Assembly: GCA_963735595.1 (NCBI GenBank)
Contig: CAVTLK010000003.1
Location: 78,905-142,904 of the forward strand
Origin: an uncultured delta proteobacterium
GTDB lineage: Bacteria; Desulfobacterota; Zymogenia; Zymogenales; Zymogenaceae
Reading direction: 5' to 3'
DNA length: 64,000 nt
Made by a program: the position numbers and the translations under genes. Positions 30,818 through 43,170 of the stretch are shown here, one piece after another. Positions within the stretch are counted from its first letter, which is position 1. Every line of letters begins with the position of its first letter. The notes below the pieces were generated by a model. That model was not told the DNA's origin. It did not search any database and saw nothing but the letters and a program-made list of their open reading frames with translations.

Positions 30818-31375
30818 TTATTCATCTATTTTTTTAAAAAGCTCCATTATCAGGACAAACGCCTCGGGATCGTACAGCAGCAGTCGGATGGAGACGCCGT
30901 CGGAGGTCTTAAGCATGAGTGTATCGCCCCCGATGAAAGCCGCCTTGTGGCTGAGATGGTCAATCTCCGAAAGCGGTGCCAGCGCCCGTGGCTCGGCGCC
31001 CCACAGGGCCAAGTCGGTGACGACAACCGCATCGCCGGGGCGCAGGGGCCGGGAGGGGATACCGCGCCACCAGAGGAACTGCTCGTTGGTGACCATCGCG
31101 TATCCGCGGCGTACCGAGAGGGCGCGCCGCGCGCGCGAAATCACCACCGCCTGTCCGGGGGCGGGAGGAGTAAACGGCGGCGCCCCGGCTTCCCGCGCGC
31201 TATGGGCCAAAGAGCGCCGGGCACCCCAGACCCACAGGGCGCCCCAGATGATGAGGATTGGCGCGGCAAGCAGTGCGGCCGGCTGCCGGTGGAAAAACCA
31301 GCTGACGCCGGCGATGATCGCGCCTACGAAAAACGGGAGACCGACCTTCCACGGGGGAGCCTGTTTCATTGTCAC
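30818..31375 (-). CDS. Hypothetical membrane protein
   Basis: Two N-terminal TM segments plus a soluble domain. Confidence 0.6.
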   Translation of the reverse strand: MTMKQAPPWKVGLPFFVGAIIAGVSWFFHRQPAALLAAPILIIWGALWVWGARRSLAHSAREAGAPPFTPPAPGQAVVISRARRALSVRRGYAMVTNEQFLWWRGIPSRPLRPGDAVVVTDLALWGAEPRALAPLSEIDHLSHKAAFIGGDTLMLKTSDGVSIRLLLYDPEAFVLIMELFKKIDE

Positions 31376-31591
31376 CTATCCGAAGTGGTTCGTCGCTACT
31401 CTATCACACGTAAGTGCGCTTTTCGACGGGAAGATATGTTCGAAGGCGGGCCGAGCTATTTGTAAAATCCGTCTCTAAAGACGCTGCCGGCGGTGTGTGC
31501 CGGGACACTAAAAAACTAGAGTTCCCGTCAGTCGGGAGATTTCGTAACCGGACGGAAATCAGTGCAGAATACTACGGATCGGCCGTGGGTG

Positions 31592-34477
31592 CTATTGTGC
31601 CAGAAACTCATCGAGCATCCTGTATACGGCTTCGATCTTAAATGGTTTAACGATGCACTTGCTGCCTGTAACCTCGAGGAAGGCTTGTGTGTCCTCGCCC
31701 AGGGTATCTCCGGTAATGAAAAGTATCTTTTTTGCCTTCTCGGGATAGCTGTTAAGTATATGAGCGTATAGCTGCCTTCCCTCCATGCCCGGCATTTTCA
31801 TATCCATGATGATCGCATCGAAGCTCTCCGCCTCGATCAACGGCAGGGCCTCCTGGCCGGATGACGATGTTTCCACGATATATCCTTCCATTGACAGGGC
31901 AATACTCAGCATCTCCCTGATAGACCCCTCGTCGTCAACCACGAGGATCCTTTTACCCGCGTGCCCGGTGCTCTTGTCTTCTGCCGTTTCAACTTCCTCG
32001 TGCCGACCGCTCACTACGGGGATGCTCACCGTGAACTTCGTTCCTTTCCCCTGTTCGCTTTCCACGTCGATCTTCCCGCCGTGTTCTTCTATGATGCCGT
32101 ACGACATGGAAAGACCCAGGCCCGTGCCTTTCCCGACTTCCTTGGTGGTGAAAAAGGGATCGAAGATCTTCTTGATATTCTTTTTAGCAATCCCCGGTCC
32201 GTCATCCTCAAACTCGATACGCAGGATATCACGCTTCCCGGCGGAGCGGGTCGTCAAGGTGCCTCCATTCTTATCTCTCAGCGCATCGCAGGCGTTATTG
32301 ATGATATTGGTAAAGACCTGCTGGAGTTGATATGGATCGGCGTATGTCGGCGGCAGGTCTCCGGCCAGGGATAGCCGCAGCTCGATATTGGACACTTTGA
32401 GGTTGTACTCTCTGAGCTTATATGATTCTCTAATGATGTCGTTGATATTGACCATCTTGCGTTCCTGTTTGTGTTCTCGTGCGAACGTCAACAGGCCGCT
32501 CACGATCTTTGCAGCCCTTTCCGATTCTTTGAATATGACTTCCGATGATTTAATGACTCTTTCGGGCAGCGTCTTATTCATAAACATAAGCTCGGCGTTG
32601 CCCATGATTGCCGTTAGTGGATTGTTCAGTTCGTGGGCAACCCCCGAGATCATCGTCCCCAACCCCGATAGTTTCTCCGCCTGAATAAGCTGCTGTTCCA
32701 GCGTTTTCCGTTCGCTGATATCCTTAACGAAGAGCAGGACGCTCGGCTCGTTCTCCCAGGTGATCCTGGAGCCGATGACCTCGATCCAGCGTATGTTTCC
32801 CTTGCGGTCGAATATACGGTACGTGATAGATCGGGGGACTTCCTTGCCCGAAAGGGCGTCCATGTGCTGGCGCATGACCATTTCCCGGTCGTCCGGGTGA
32901 ATCAATTCGATAAAGGGCCGCATTTTCAGCTCTTCTTCCGTATATCCAAGCTCCCTAACCGCCAGGGGATTAATGAACTTCATATGGGTAGCCTGCGAGA
33001 CTATTATTCCCTCGTCCGCGTTTTCTACGACGAGCCGGTACCTTTCCTCCGATTCTCTCAGGGCCTCTTCCGCCCGATTGCGCTCGGTGATGTCCCTTCC
33101 GATGCCGTGGATCTCCACGATGCGGCCGCCGTCCGTGATGTCTTTCTCATTAACCTCAAAGATCCTTGCTTTGTTGTCGGCTCCGATAAGCTCGACTTCA
33201 AAGCTCCTTTGCTCATTGTCCGATCCTTGTTTATCGAACAGACCTTCGAGATTGCCGTATAAGCGGGGATATATAATCTCTTTAAAGTTTCTTTGTTTGC
33301 AGTCTTCAAGGGAATTTCCGATATGTTTCGCGAGAGTGCTATTGGCATACTTAAAATTCCTGTTCATGTCCAATACGTAGACGATATCGCCTATCTCTTC
33401 GACGTGTTCCCGGTATCGTCGTTCGGACTCCCTGAGTTTTTCCCGGGCATTTTTCTGCTCGGTGATGTCTCGTATCATGATCAGATGGCCGCGCGGCCGA
33501 TCATAGCGGTCAGCCAGAGGAGAAATATCGAAGTTGAAGACCCGTGCCGTATCCCGATCGACCGCTAGTTCAAGGTTCTGCACCGGGAGGAGGCCCGGAC
33601 GCCTCACGGGCAGCGGCAATGACCCAAAAACCGATTCCGCGTCCTTGCCGATGCACGCATTCGTTACCCCAAGGAAACGCCGCGCCGCAGGGTTCAGGTC
33701 AATCACTCTGTTCGTTGTATCGAGCACGACAACTCCTTCGGTGATGTTTTCGATAAGGAGGTCTCGTGCTATGGGGACGATTTCAAATAACCGGGTACGA
33801 AAAACGCTCCAAAGATAAATGAAGCCGACAATCGTAAAGGAAAAGGGGGATAGATCCATCCCGGGTGCCGGGCTATTACCGCTGACATAGATGATATTAG
33901 CGATCCACGGTATGGCTACTCCCAACATGAGTGGAGCTGTTTGCTTCCGGTAGAGCCGCGGGTATTTGGCGATTGACCGAATAAGCAGGAAGGAGCCCGC
34001 GAAGAGGGTCACGTACGAATAAGAGACGACGAGCCAGAACCAGGGGCCGTGATGATACATCAGGAAATCGTTACCGCCCGATGCTCCCGGCGTGATACTG
34101 CTCCATAGGAGCCGATGCCGCTCATTGGTGAAGGCCATCAGGACGGTTACTATCGGTATTACCCAGAGCAAGCCGAGGACTTTCCCGGTAATCCACTCGT
34201 CCTGGTTGCTGAAACGCGCCGAAAAAAGGAGCCACAGAATCCCCACGGAGCCGATGCCTATATATTCGAATTCGGCCCAGAGTATTTTTGCCCAGGTCTC
34301 GACCGCCATCACTTCAAGGGCCTGAAACGAAGTCCAGGCCAGTATAGCCAGCATGAGAAATGCGAACGCGGTCACCCCGGGGATTGATCTGCGGCGCCAG
34401 GCAAAATAACAGAAGAGGGCCGCAAAAAGTGCGTTGGCAAGGTAGGCGGCAGCGTATGAAGGGAAGTGCCAGGTCAT
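31592..34477 (-). CDS. Hybrid sensor histidine kinase (7TM, 3 PAS, HisKA/HATPase, receiver)
   Basis: N-terminal TM block; DIT/DIS-terminated PAS domains; AHELNNPL, FDPFFTTK, GTGLGL; VVDDE...MDMKMP. Confidence 0.93.
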   Translation of the reverse strand: MTWHFPSYAAAYLANALFAALFCYFAWRRRSIPGVTAFAFLMLAILAWTSFQALEVMAVETWAKILWAEFEYIGIGSVGILWLLFSARFSNQDEWITGKVLGLLWVIPIVTVLMAFTNERHRLLWSSITPGASGGNDFLMYHHGPWFWLVVSYSYVTLFAGSFLLIRSIAKYPRLYRKQTAPLMLGVAIPWIANIIYVSGNSPAPGMDLSPFSFTIVGFIYLWSVFRTRLFEIVPIARDLLIENITEGVVVLDTTNRVIDLNPAARRFLGVTNACIGKDAESVFGSLPLPVRRPGLLPVQNLELAVDRDTARVFNFDISPLADRYDRPRGHLIMIRDITEQKNAREKLRESERRYREHVEEIGDIVYVLDMNRNFKYANSTLAKHIGNSLEDCKQRNFKEIIYPRLYGNLEGLFDKQGSDNEQRSFEVELIGADNKARIFEVNEKDITDGGRIVEIHGIGRDITERNRAEEALRESEERYRLVVENADEGIIVSQATHMKFINPLAVRELGYTEEELKMRPFIELIHPDDREMVMRQHMDALSGKEVPRSITYRIFDRKGNIRWIEVIGSRITWENEPSVLLFVKDISERKTLEQQLIQAEKLSGLGTMISGVAHELNNPLTAIMGNAELMFMNKTLPERVIKSSEVIFKESERAAKIVSGLLTFAREHKQERKMVNINDIIRESYKLREYNLKVSNIELRLSLAGDLPPTYADPYQLQQVFTNIINNACDALRDKNGGTLTTRSAGKRDILRIEFEDDGPGIAKKNIKKIFDPFFTTKEVGKGTGLGLSMSYGIIEEHGGKIDVESEQGKGTKFTVSIPVVSGRHEEVETAEDKSTGHAGKRILVVDDEGSIREMLSIALSMEGYIVETSSSGQEALPLIEAESFDAIIMDMKMPGMEGRQLYAHILNSYPEKAKKILFITGDTLGEDTQAFLEVTGSKCIVKPFKIEAVYRMLDEFLAQ

Positions 34478-34982
34478 AGTATTTCCAAGCTGCAATCTAT
34501 CGTTCTGTGTCGTTCTGTCCTACCGGAAAACTGCTACCCGGCAACGGTCGGTGTATCGCCTGTAATCTCCCAACAACGCACAGTTTCCGACACAGGCGAT
34601 TATGGCGAAAACCAGACCCTATAATCAGCAGCAGGATGCGCGACCCCCGGAGGAATTCGCGCACGACGGGCCTGAGATGCGCCGTTCGACTACCTCGAAT
34701 CCCAGGCTCCTCACTTGTTTAGCGTTATACTATCGAATACTATACGATTACTGTCTGCAATGTCAATAGATTCTTAGTGCACAAAGAACCCGGTTTCATT
34801 GCCCAGCCCCCAATAGCGGGGCCGCTGCCTGCGCCGGTCTATGGGGCCATTGTTTAGTCCCGGGTGTGAGGGCGAGGGGTGGGGCGCTTCAGGAACCCCG
34901 GGGGAATGATCCAGTAAAAAGCCCGGCCGGGCGATGGTATGCTTCGATATAGACTTGATTCCGGGGGCAGAATAGAAATGAT

Positions 34983-35056
34983 TGGCTGGGGGACGAGGAT
35001 TTGAACCTCGGTTCACGGATCCAGAGTCCGCTGTCCTGCCGCTAGACGATCCCCCA
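34983..35056 (-). tRNA. tRNA-Gln (CTG)
   Basis: TGGGGGATCGTCTAGCGGCAGGACAGCGGACTCTGGATCCGTGAACCGAGGTTCAAATCCTCGTCCCCCAGCCA; cloverleaf with encoded CCA. Confidence 0.97.
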
Positions 35057-35115
35057 GTTGCCGGTAGTCCGTGCGAATCTTTTATACATAAGGCAAAAAC
35101 ATCGGTATGTCAATA

Positions 35116-36138
35116 CTAATCGAAGTATTTCTTAAGATCGGCCGCGATTTTTTCGGGAAACTCGTCGGTCGCCGACTCTCCGAGGATCACCTCGAAGAAG
35201 GATTGATCGTTGCGGGCATACGGTACGAACCGCGTCCGCGCGACCATCCGCACGAGAATCCGATAGTAAGCTCCGGCCCCCGCGATGGAATAGATACCGA
35301 GGTTGAAGCCGTTGTTGCCGGCGGCCCGCCAGTACTGTTGGACCGCCAGCACCCCGCGGGAGAGCGTCGACAGGTCTTCGTCCGACACCTCCCTGAAGTC
35401 CGACCTCCCCTCGAAGACCGCCCATACTTCCTTCTGTCCCTGGGGCGCGAAGGGGCAGAGCCACGCAATCGCGCCGATCCGGCCTATAAAGCGCTCCCCG
35501 GCGGCTTCCTCCCGTCCGATCAGCTCGTCCCAGAAGGTGCGGCCCGATTCATCGAGGTAGTCAGCGGAGCGCTCGTCCAGCGCCCGGAGGTAGTTGATCG
35601 GTTTGACGAAAAGATTTACCTGCAGGTGCGGGTGTATGAGCGTACCCCCCGAAGAGGGGAGGTAGTTCTGGGTGACGGCGGCGTAGCGGACGGCGGGATC
35701 GGCATTGTGGATGCAAGAGATATAGTCCCGCGCGTTGACGAAGTTATCACGGTAGTGCCGTTCGGTAAACCGGCCGATCTCGATGAAATGGGCCGGCGAA
35801 AAGGTCGAGACCGCGCTGTACGGCCCGTAGGGGGAGCGGTTGGGGAAGAGGATCGATTCGCCGAAGGTAAACCGCCCCTCCGCGGCGATCTCCGGCGCAA
35901 ACCGGGGAGTCCGTTTTAAAATGCGCTCGGGACAGAAGGGACAGGTGGCGGCGGTCCGCTCGACGTGGTCCCGATAGGGGGGATTGATAAAATCGATCGG
36001 GGGGTCGTCGGTGCGCGGCGCCGTTATACGCGCGGTCCGGCCGGTGAGGGGGTCGATCCGAACTTCGGTCGAGACGGTCTCGGGCAGGGTTTCGCCCGGA
36101 AGGATGATCCGGGTATCTTCCTTGTACTTCTTGAACAC
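35116..36138 (-). CDS. Galactose-1-phosphate uridylyltransferase-like (GalT/HIT) protein
   Basis: EVRIDPLTG, CPFCPE, FPNRSPY, HPHLQ. Confidence 0.8.
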   Translation of the reverse strand: MFKKYKEDTRIILPGETLPETVSTEVRIDPLTGRTARITAPRTDDPPIDFINPPYRDHVERTAATCPFCPERILKRTPRFAPEIAAEGRFTFGESILFPNRSPYGPYSAVSTFSPAHFIEIGRFTERHYRDNFVNARDYISCIHNADPAVRYAAVTQNYLPSSGGTLIHPHLQVNLFVKPINYLRALDERSADYLDESGRTFWDELIGREEAAGERFIGRIGAIAWLCPFAPQGQKEVWAVFEGRSDFREVSDEDLSTLSRGVLAVQQYWRAAGNNGFNLGIYSIAGAGAYYRILVRMVARTRFVPYARNDQSFFEVILGESATDEFPEKIAADLKKYFD

Positions 36139-36226
36139 ATCGTGTCCTGTTGATATTGTTGCCGCGTGGGATAACCGGGGGGAGGCCTTGTCGATCGGGC
36201 CCCCCGGCCGGTTTTCGGGTATCGTC

Positions 36227-36406
36227 CTAGTGCGCGGCGTCGTGCCGCCGGAAGACGAGGTAGACGATCAGCAGGACGATAATCGGGATATTGGCCGGCA
36301 GGAGGTCAAGCCGGTTGCTGCCGATCTCGACCCAGAGGTTCATGCCGATGAAGGCGAGCATCACCATGAACGGGAGCTCCGCGGTAAACCAGGTCGCTAT
36401 CTTCAT
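36227..36406 (-). CDS. Small 2-TM hypothetical protein
   Basis: MKIATWFTAELPF...; GGGAG RBS; two hydrophobic segments. Confidence 0.5.
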   Translation of the reverse strand: MKIATWFTAELPFMVMLAFIGMNLWVEIGSNRLDLLPANIPIIVLLIVYLVFRRHDAAH

Positions 36407-36444
36407 TGCCCATCTCCCGATAAAAAAGCGACGGTTGGAATCGG

Positions 36445-39400
36445 TCATCCCCTTTTCGCGGGGCGAGACGCAAGCCGGTGGAACTCCTGAAGGGACTTGA
36501 CCTCAATCTTGCCCGTGTGATTACTTTCTATCCCTTCGACGGCCGCCCGCGCGCCGGACACGGTGGTAAAGGCGGGGATGTTATAGAGGAGCGTGTTCTT
36601 TCTGATGTAGTACGAGTCCCTGATCGACCGTTTTCCGACCGACGTATTGATGACCATCCGTATCTCGCCGCTCTTGATCCTGTCAACGACGTTGGGCCGT
36701 TTCTGTTCCTTGAGCTTGTAGACAAACTCGGTGGGCACTCCGTTTTCCCTGAGGAAACGGTGTGTGCCCGTGGTGGCGACCAGCGAGAAGCCCAGCTCCA
36801 CGAGTTTTTTTGCCACGGGTAACAGCGGTACCTTGTCGCTGTCCTTGACGCTGACAAACACCGCCCCGTCTCCCGAAAGGATAAACCCCGAGGCAAGCTG
36901 CGCCTTGTAGAATGCGCGCGCAAACGTCGTGTCGATCCCCATGACCTCGCCGGTGGAGCGCATCTCGGGCCCCAGGATGATATCGGTGCCCGGGAATTTC
37001 GCGAACGGGAAGACTGATTCCTTGACCGATATATGCTTCGGGGTAATCTCCGAGCCAAGCCCCATATCCTTCAGTTTCTCGCCGACCATGACCCGGGCGG
37101 CTATCTTTGCCAGCGGCACCCCGATGGCCTTGCTGACAAAGGGGACGGTGCGGCTGGCCCGGGGGTTCACTTCGAGGATGTAGATTTCACCGTTTTTCAG
37201 GGCGAACTGCACGTTCATGAGCCCCACGACCGAAAGCTCCAGGGCAAGCTTTTTGGCCTGGTCCCTGATCCTCCTGACGATCTTATCGGCGACCGAGAAT
37301 ACCGGAAGGCTCATTGCGCTGTCGCCCGAGTGGATGCCCGCCTCCTCGATATGCTCCATCACCCCGCCGATGAATACGTCGGCGCCATCGCATACGACGT
37401 CCACGTCCAATTCGATAGCGTCGGAGAGGAATTTATCGATCAGCACGGGATGTTCGGGGCTGGCCAGCACCGCCAGCCGCATATAGTTGGCCAGGTCGGC
37501 CTCGTCATACACGATCTCCATGGCCCTGCCGCCGAGTACGTAGGACGGCCTGACCAGCACCGGATAGCCGATCTCGCGGGCCACCGCCACCGCCTCGTCG
37601 GCGGACCGGGAGATCCCGTTCTCGGGCTGTTTCAGGTTCAGCTTGGTCAAGAGCTCGAGGAAGCGCTCCCGATCCTCGGCCCGGTCGATGGAATCGGGGC
37701 TCGTCCCGATGATGGGAACGCCCAGCTTTTCGAGGGGTACCGAAAGCCTGAGGGGAGTCTGCCCGCCGAATTGGACGATGACGCCGTCGGGCTTTTCCCT
37801 GCTCACGATGTTCAGCACGTGTTCGAGGGTCAGCGGCTCAAAATAGAGCCGGTCGGAGGTGTCATAGTCGGTGCTGACCGTCTCGGGGTTGCAGTTTACC
37901 ATGATGGTCTCGTAGCCCGCCTCCGACAGCGCGAAGGCCCCGTGGACGCAGCAGTAGTCAAACTCGATCCCCTGGCCGATCCGGTTGGGTCCGCCGCCCA
38001 GGATCATGATCTTCTTGTGGTCCGTGGGCGCGGCCTCGCACTCGGTCTCATAGGTGGAGTAGAGGTAGGGGGTGTAGGCCTCGAATTCCGCCGCGCAGGT
38101 ATCCACACGCTTGAAGACCGCCTGGATGTCGTGATCCTGCCGGAGCTTCCTGAACTCAAGCTCGGTAATCCCCATTAATTCCGCCATGCGCGAATCCGAG
38201 AAGCCGTATTCTTTGGCCTCCCGGAAATAGTGTTTGAACCGCTCGTCGCCGAGTTCGTTCCGATGGCCGGAAAGGAGCTTGATCTCCTGTTCCATCTCCA
38301 CGATCTGGGAGATGTTTGCCAGAAACCAGGGGTCGATCCGGGTTATCTCATGGATCTTTTCGATACCGATGCCGTGGCGAAAGGCCTCGGCCACCAGCAG
38401 AATACGCTCCGGGGTGGGCAGCACCAGACGCGAGAGGACGATCTCCCTCCGTTCGGCCTCGGGCAGCGCCCGCTCATCGGCCGAGAGCGGGCTTGAAAAT
38501 CCGTTGTACCCGTACTCGAGGGAGACCAGCGCCTTCTGGACGGACTCCTTGAACGTCCTGCCGATGGCCATTGCCTCCCCTACCGATTTCATCTGGGTGG
38601 TAAGGGTGGGGTCGGCCTGGGGGAATTTCTCGAAGGTAAACCGGGGGATCTTGGTGACCACGTAGTCGATCGTCGGTTCGAACGACGCCGGGGTCTCGCG
38701 CGTGATGTCGTTAAGGATTTCGTCAAGCCGGTATCCCACGGCGAGCTTGGCGGCGATCTTGGCGATGGGGAAGCCCGTCGCCTTGGAGGCAAGCGCGGAG
38801 CTGCGGGAGACGCGCGGGTTCATCTCGATGACGACAATCCTTCCGTCCTCGGGGTTGACCGCAAACTGGATGTTGCTGCCGCCGGTATCGACGCCGATTT
38901 CCCGAATGATCGCGACGGCGGCGTCCCGCATAATCTGATATTCCTTGTCGGTGAGGGTCAGGGCGGGGGCTACCGTCACGGAATCGCCGGTGTGGATGCC
39001 CATCGGATCGAGGTTCTCGATGGAGCAGACGATTACCACGTTGTCGGCGCAGTCGCGCATCACCTCAAGCTCGTATTCCTTCCAGCCCAGCACCGACTGC
39101 TCGATGAGGACGCGTCCCACGGGGCTCTGGGCCAGGCCCCAGCGGACGTACTCGATGAACTCCTCGCGGTTGTAGGCGATATTGCCCCCGCTGCCGCCGA
39201 GGGTAAAAGACGGCCGAATGATGGCCGGGAAACCCACCGTGGCCAGCACCGATTCGGCCTCGGAAAAGGACTCCGCGTAGCCGCTTTCCGGAAGCGACAG
39301 GCCGATCCTGGTTATGGCTTCCTTGAACAGATTCCGGTCTTCTGCTTTTTCGATCGCCTCGTAGCGCGCGCCGATTAATTCAACGCCGTACTTCTCCAGC

Positions 39401-39720
39401 ACGCCCGCCTTGACCAGCTCGACGGCGATGTTGAGGCCGGTCTGTCCGCCGAGGGTGGGCAGCAGGCAGTCGGGCCGCTCCTTTTTGATGATTTTTTCCA
39501 CCACCGACGGCAGGATCGGTTCCACGTACGTGGCGTGGGCGAAGTCGGGATCGGTCATGATGGTGGCCGGGTTGGAGTTGATGAGGATGACCTCGTACCC
39601 TTCTTCCTTGAGGGCCTTGACCGCCTGGGTCCCGGAATAGTCGAATTCGCACGCCTGGCCGATGATGATCGGGCCGGAGCCGACGATGAGGATCTTCTTG
39701 ATATCGGTTCGCTTCGGCAT
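36445..39720 (-). CDS. carB: Carbamoyl-phosphate synthase large subunit
   Basis: [30 protein letters not shown]; 1091 aa. Confidence 0.98.
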   Translation of the reverse strand: MPKRTDIKKILIVGSGPIIIGQACEFDYSGTQAVKALKEEGYEVILINSNPATIMTDPDFAHATYVEPILPSVVEKIIKKERPDCLLPTLGGQTGLNIAVELVKAGVLEKYGVELIGARYEAIEKAEDRNLFKEAITRIGLSLPESGYAESFSEAESVLATVGFPAIIRPSFTLGGSGGNIAYNREEFIEYVRWGLAQSPVGRVLIEQSVLGWKEYELEVMRDCADNVVIVCSIENLDPMGIHTGDSVTVAPALTLTDKEYQIMRDAAVAIIREIGVDTGGSNIQFAVNPEDGRIVVIEMNPRVSRSSALASKATGFPIAKIAAKLAVGYRLDEILNDITRETPASFEPTIDYVVTKIPRFTFEKFPQADPTLTTQMKSVGEAMAIGRTFKESVQKALVSLEYGYNGFSSPLSADERALPEAERREIVLSRLVLPTPERILLVAEAFRHGIGIEKIHEITRIDPWFLANISQIVEMEQEIKLLSGHRNELGDERFKHYFREAKEYGFSDSRMAELMGITELEFRKLRQDHDIQAVFKRVDTCAAEFEAYTPYLYSTYETECEAAPTDHKKIMILGGGPNRIGQGIEFDYCCVHGAFALSEAGYETIMVNCNPETVSTDYDTSDRLYFEPLTLEHVLNIVSREKPDGVIVQFGGQTPLRLSVPLEKLGVPIIGTSPDSIDRAEDRERFLELLTKLNLKQPENGISRSADEAVAVAREIGYPVLVRPSYVLGGRAMEIVYDEADLANYMRLAVLASPEHPVLIDKFLSDAIELDVDVVCDGADVFIGGVMEHIEEAGIHSGDSAMSLPVFSVADKIVRRIRDQAKKLALELSVVGLMNVQFALKNGEIYILEVNPRASRTVPFVSKAIGVPLAKIAARVMVGEKLKDMGLGSEITPKHISVKESVFPFAKFPGTDIILGPEMRSTGEVMGIDTTFARAFYKAQLASGFILSGDGAVFVSVKDSDKVPLLPVAKKLVELGFSLVATTGTHRFLRENGVPTEFVYKLKEQKRPNVVDRIKSGEIRMVINTSVGKRSIRDSYYIRKNTLLYNIPAFTTVSGARAAVEGIESNHTGKIEVKSLQEFHRLASRPAKRG

Positions 39721-39723
39721 TGA

Positions 39724-40854
39724 TTACGCGGTGTCCCTGATGATCCCGATAAATTGCTCGAAGAGGTACCCGGCGTCGTGGGGGCCTGGCGAGGCCTCCG
39801 GGTGGTACTGAACGCAGAAGAGGGGAAGCTCGGTATGCCTGAATCCCTCGACGGTGTTGTCATTGAGATTGAGATGGGTGATCTCGGTGTGCGCGGGCAG
39901 CCTATCCGCGTCCACCGCGAAACCGTGGTTCTGCGAGGTAATCTCGACCCGGCCGGTCATCAGGTTTTTCACCGGCTGGTTGCCCCCCCGATGCCCGAAT
40001 TTCAGCTTATAGGTTGAACCGCCGAGGGCCAGCGCCGAGAGCTGATGGCCCAGGCAGATGCCGAAGATCGGCTTCTTCCCGATGAGCTTTTTTATCTCGG
40101 CGATCGCATACGGGACCCCCTCGGGGTCCCCCGGCCCGTTGGAAAGGAGTATTCCGTCGGGCTTGAGCGACAATACGACGTCTGCCGGGGTACCGGCCGG
40201 GACCACTTTGACGCGGATGCCCCGGGAGACCAGCGACAGCGGTATGTTTTCCTTGAGGCCGAAGTCGATAACCACCACGGTAAGCCCGGTATCCACCGGA
40301 GGGGAGTATGCACGCCCCGTGATGGACGACAGGTCGGCGGGGTCTTTCTTGAATTCGTAGATCTTGTCGGTGGTGACCTCCTTGACGAGGTCGCGGCCGA
40401 TGAGGCCCGGCGAGCTCTTCGCCTTCTCGACGAGGATCTCGGGCGTGATATCGACGGTTGATACGACGGCCTTGATAGCCCCGCCGATCCGGATATGGCG
40501 CGTCAGCGCCCGCGTGTCCACCCCCTGGATTGCGATGATATTGTGCCGTTTGAGAAACGCGGAAAGCTCCTCGCGGGAGCGGAAGTTGCTGGCGACCGGC
40601 GAGATCTCTTTGACGATGAACCCCTCTACCTGGGGCATCCATGACTCGTTGTCGGCGGGGTTGATGCCGTAGTTGCCGATCTGGGGGGTTGTCATGGTGA
40701 CGATCTGGCCCTTGTAGGACGGGTCGGTGAGGATCTCCTGATAGCCGGTCATCGAGGTGTTGAAAACGACTTCCCCGTCGCGGATGCCGTCGGCCCCGAA
40801 GCTGCGTCCGTAAAAGATCGTCCCATCTTCCAGTGCGATGGCGGCGTTCTTCAT
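39724..40854 (-). CDS. carA: Carbamoyl-phosphate synthase small subunit
   Basis: [33 protein letters not shown]. Confidence 0.98.
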   Translation of the reverse strand: MKNAAIALEDGTIFYGRSFGADGIRDGEVVFNTSMTGYQEILTDPSYKGQIVTMTTPQIGNYGINPADNESWMPQVEGFIVKEISPVASNFRSREELSAFLKRHNIIAIQGVDTRALTRHIRIGGAIKAVVSTVDITPEILVEKAKSSPGLIGRDLVKEVTTDKIYEFKKDPADLSSITGRAYSPPVDTGLTVVVIDFGLKENIPLSLVSRGIRVKVVPAGTPADVVLSLKPDGILLSNGPGDPEGVPYAIAEIKKLIGKKPIFGICLGHQLSALALGGSTYKLKFGHRGGNQPVKNLMTGRVEITSQNHGFAVDADRLPAHTEITHLNLNDNTVEGFRHTELPLFCVQYHPEASPGPHDAGYLFEQFIGIIRDTA

Positions 40855-40975
40855 GCGTGTACTTCCTCCCCGTTTAATAGAAGACTATAACGAAATCTTG
40901 CCCGAATTTCAAGACAATTGTAGACTCCCCCGTAACAATACGGTATAATGGCGCGATTTGATTATAGGCTATTGA

Positions 40976-41542
40976 TTGATTCCGACGCGATCCGAGTGCC
41001 TGACGGCCCTGAGGGACCATGAGGTTCCCGACAACATCATCGGCCATAGTATTGTCGTTGAACGCGTGGCACTCATCCTCTCGCGCAGGCTCATGGAGGC
41101 CGGAAACGGGATAGACATTGCGCTTGTCTCGGCGGGGGCGCTGCTGCACGACATCGCCAAGATGCGGGGGATCAGGGAAGGCAGACCCCACGGGGAACTG
41201 GGCGCCGAGACGACCGACCGGCTCGGCTTCCTCGAAGTCTCGCCGATCGTCGGTCAGCACGTGCGGCTGGCCGATTACGGTGACAATGGAGGCATCGACG
41301 AGGCGAAGCTCGTCAATTACGCCGACAAACGGGTGAACCATGAAGAGATCGTCACCCTCGATGAACGGTTCGACTATCTGTTCGAGCGATACGGGTCCGC
41401 CTCGCCGGAGGCGCGGGAGCGGATCGCCGAGATGAAGCGGCTTACCGGCGCCATCGAGGGGCAGATCTTCGAACGGCTCTCGATAACCCCTTCGGATGTA
41501 AAGAAACTGGTTGAGGAGCGGTATGGACTTTATACTCGATAG
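40976..41542 (+). CDS. HD-domain (HDIG-like) phosphohydrolase
   Basis: IIGHS, ALLHDIAK, HGELGA, VNYADKRV. Confidence 0.85.
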   Translation: MIPTRSECLTALRDHEVPDNIIGHSIVVERVALILSRRLMEAGNGIDIALVSAGALLHDIAKMRGIREGRPHGELGAETTDRLGFLEVSPIVGQHVRLADYGDNGGIDEAKLVNYADKRVNHEEIVTLDERFDYLFERYGSASPEARERIAEMKRLTGAIEGQIFERLSITPSDVKKLVEERYGLYTR

Positions 41543-41972
41543 GCTTGCCATCGGCGATCTTCCCGACGCCAAAAACAGCGCGATGCTGGCGGAGTGCGGC
41601 ATCACCGCCATCCTCAACGTCGCCAAGGAGGCGCAGCACGATCCCGACGGCAACTGCTTTGACTACTACAAGGTAAATATAGACGACGGACAGGCGATGG
41701 ATTTTTCACACCTGACCGAGGCGGTGGACTTCATTCACAGCCGCATCCGCAACGGCAAGGTGCTGGTGCACTGCCTCATGGGGGTGAGCCGGTCTTCGAC
41801 GGTCGTATTGTGCTATCTGCACGAGTGCGGGTTTTCCCTGAGGGAAGCGATGAACCTCATCAAGAAAAAGCGGCCGGATGCCCAGCCCCACATAGCCCTC
41901 TATAACTCGGTGCGGGAGTACTATCAGAAGAAGGAAGCGGAACACGCAGGCCATATCATCCCGGACATATAG
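41523..41972 (+). CDS. Dual-specificity protein phosphatase family
   Basis: LAIGD, GITAILNV, VLVHCLMGVSRS (CX5R). Confidence 0.9.
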   Translation: MDFILDRLAIGDLPDAKNSAMLAECGITAILNVAKEAQHDPDGNCFDYYKVNIDDGQAMDFSHLTEAVDFIHSRIRNGKVLVHCLMGVSRSSTVVLCYLHECGFSLREAMNLIKKKRPDAQPHIALYNSVREYYQKKEAEHAGHIIPDI

Positions 41973-42074
41973 GAATCGATCAGAGACGTGAGTGACCGTA
42001 TACACAGGGAGTGACACCCGGCAGAAAAGACGTGCGCGATTAATCTCCCGTGTAAAGCGTAAAGGGGCGACACT

Positions 42075-43016
42075 ATGAAGAGATATGTCGGGACCGTCTT
42101 CATTGCGATCGGATGCCTCGTTGTTGTCGGGTGCGCCCCGGGATACTTCATTATAGACCGACACCCGAGTTCGGAGACACCCGGTTTCTCCGTCGATATT
42201 GACGAGGTCAGGAAGATTGCGGCGGCCGGGGACGGTGAGCTTCCTACGGAGGTACGGTCCCTGGTCGTAACGGAGCTGGCCTTACCGGCGTGGTTCATCA
42301 TGGCCGGCGGCGGATGTGAAAAGGTCCCGTTCGACTTTGTTGCCTACCAGGTCGTCTATCCCGACGGGACCGTAATCATAGATTCATGCTCCGACAAGAA
42401 TGCCTATGACCGGATACCCGCCCCGATACGGTCTTTATTCTTTCGCTCCTTCAACGAAAAAAACTACGATCTCCTCCAGCAGTCACTGAGGACGGCAAAA
42501 CTCGTCCTGGTCACCCATGAACATGCGGATCATATCGGCGGTATCGCCGCGTCCCCCTATCTCGGCGAGATAGTACCGCACCTGCTGCTCACCACGGAGC
42601 AGTTTGAGGGCGCGCGTATGGAGGAGGCCGGGTTTCCGGCCGGGGCGCTAAACGGGTTTACGCCCGTTTCGTATGACCGGTATTACGCCGCCGCGCCGGG
42701 CATCGTCATGATTAAGGCGCCGGGCCACGCCGGGGGGCAGCAGATGATATACGTGCTGACAAAGGGCGGCAACGAGTACCTTTTTCTCGGCGATATCATA
42801 TGGAACCGGGCAAACCTGAAACACCGGGTCTACCGGTCCCGTCTCGTTTCCCTGGCAATAAAGGAAGATGCGGATTGCGCCCGGGAAGAGTTCCGCTGGG
42901 TGCTCGATACCCTCTACGATAACCCGAATAGCCCCGTCATCTACGTCATCTCTCACGACAGGGACCAGCTCAGGGAATATATCAATACGGGAGTAATCAC
43001 GGAGGGATTCAGATAA
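42075..43016 (+). CDS. Exported metallo-beta-lactamase-fold hydrolase, paralog 1
   Basis: THEHADH, PGHAGG, FLGD, ISHD. Confidence 0.85.
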   Translation: MKRYVGTVFIAIGCLVVVGCAPGYFIIDRHPSSETPGFSVDIDEVRKIAAAGDGELPTEVRSLVVTELALPAWFIMAGGGCEKVPFDFVAYQVVYPDGTVIIDSCSDKNAYDRIPAPIRSLFFRSFNEKNYDLLQQSLRTAKLVLVTHEHADHIGGIAASPYLGEIVPHLLLTTEQFEGARMEEAGFPAGALNGFTPVSYDRYYAAAPGIVMIKAPGHAGGQQMIYVLTKGGNEYLFLGDIIWNRANLKHRVYRSRLVSLAIKEDADCAREEFRWVLDTLYDNPNSPVIYVISHDRDQLREYINTGVITEGFR

Positions 43017-43170
43017 CCGGTGCGGAACTTTTCGATATCGTTTATGCCCCGGTGGCGGGGGACACCATACAAATAGATATATGAGCGATACCGACTGACC
43101 CGACCGACCGCCGTCGCATCGGCATACGACGGCGTATATAGTCCCGAATGGTATATTACCGGAGGATACC

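Noticed and set aside
28800..34983. Genomic island integrated at tRNA-Gln
   Set aside because: No integrase and no duplicated tRNA 3' end seen
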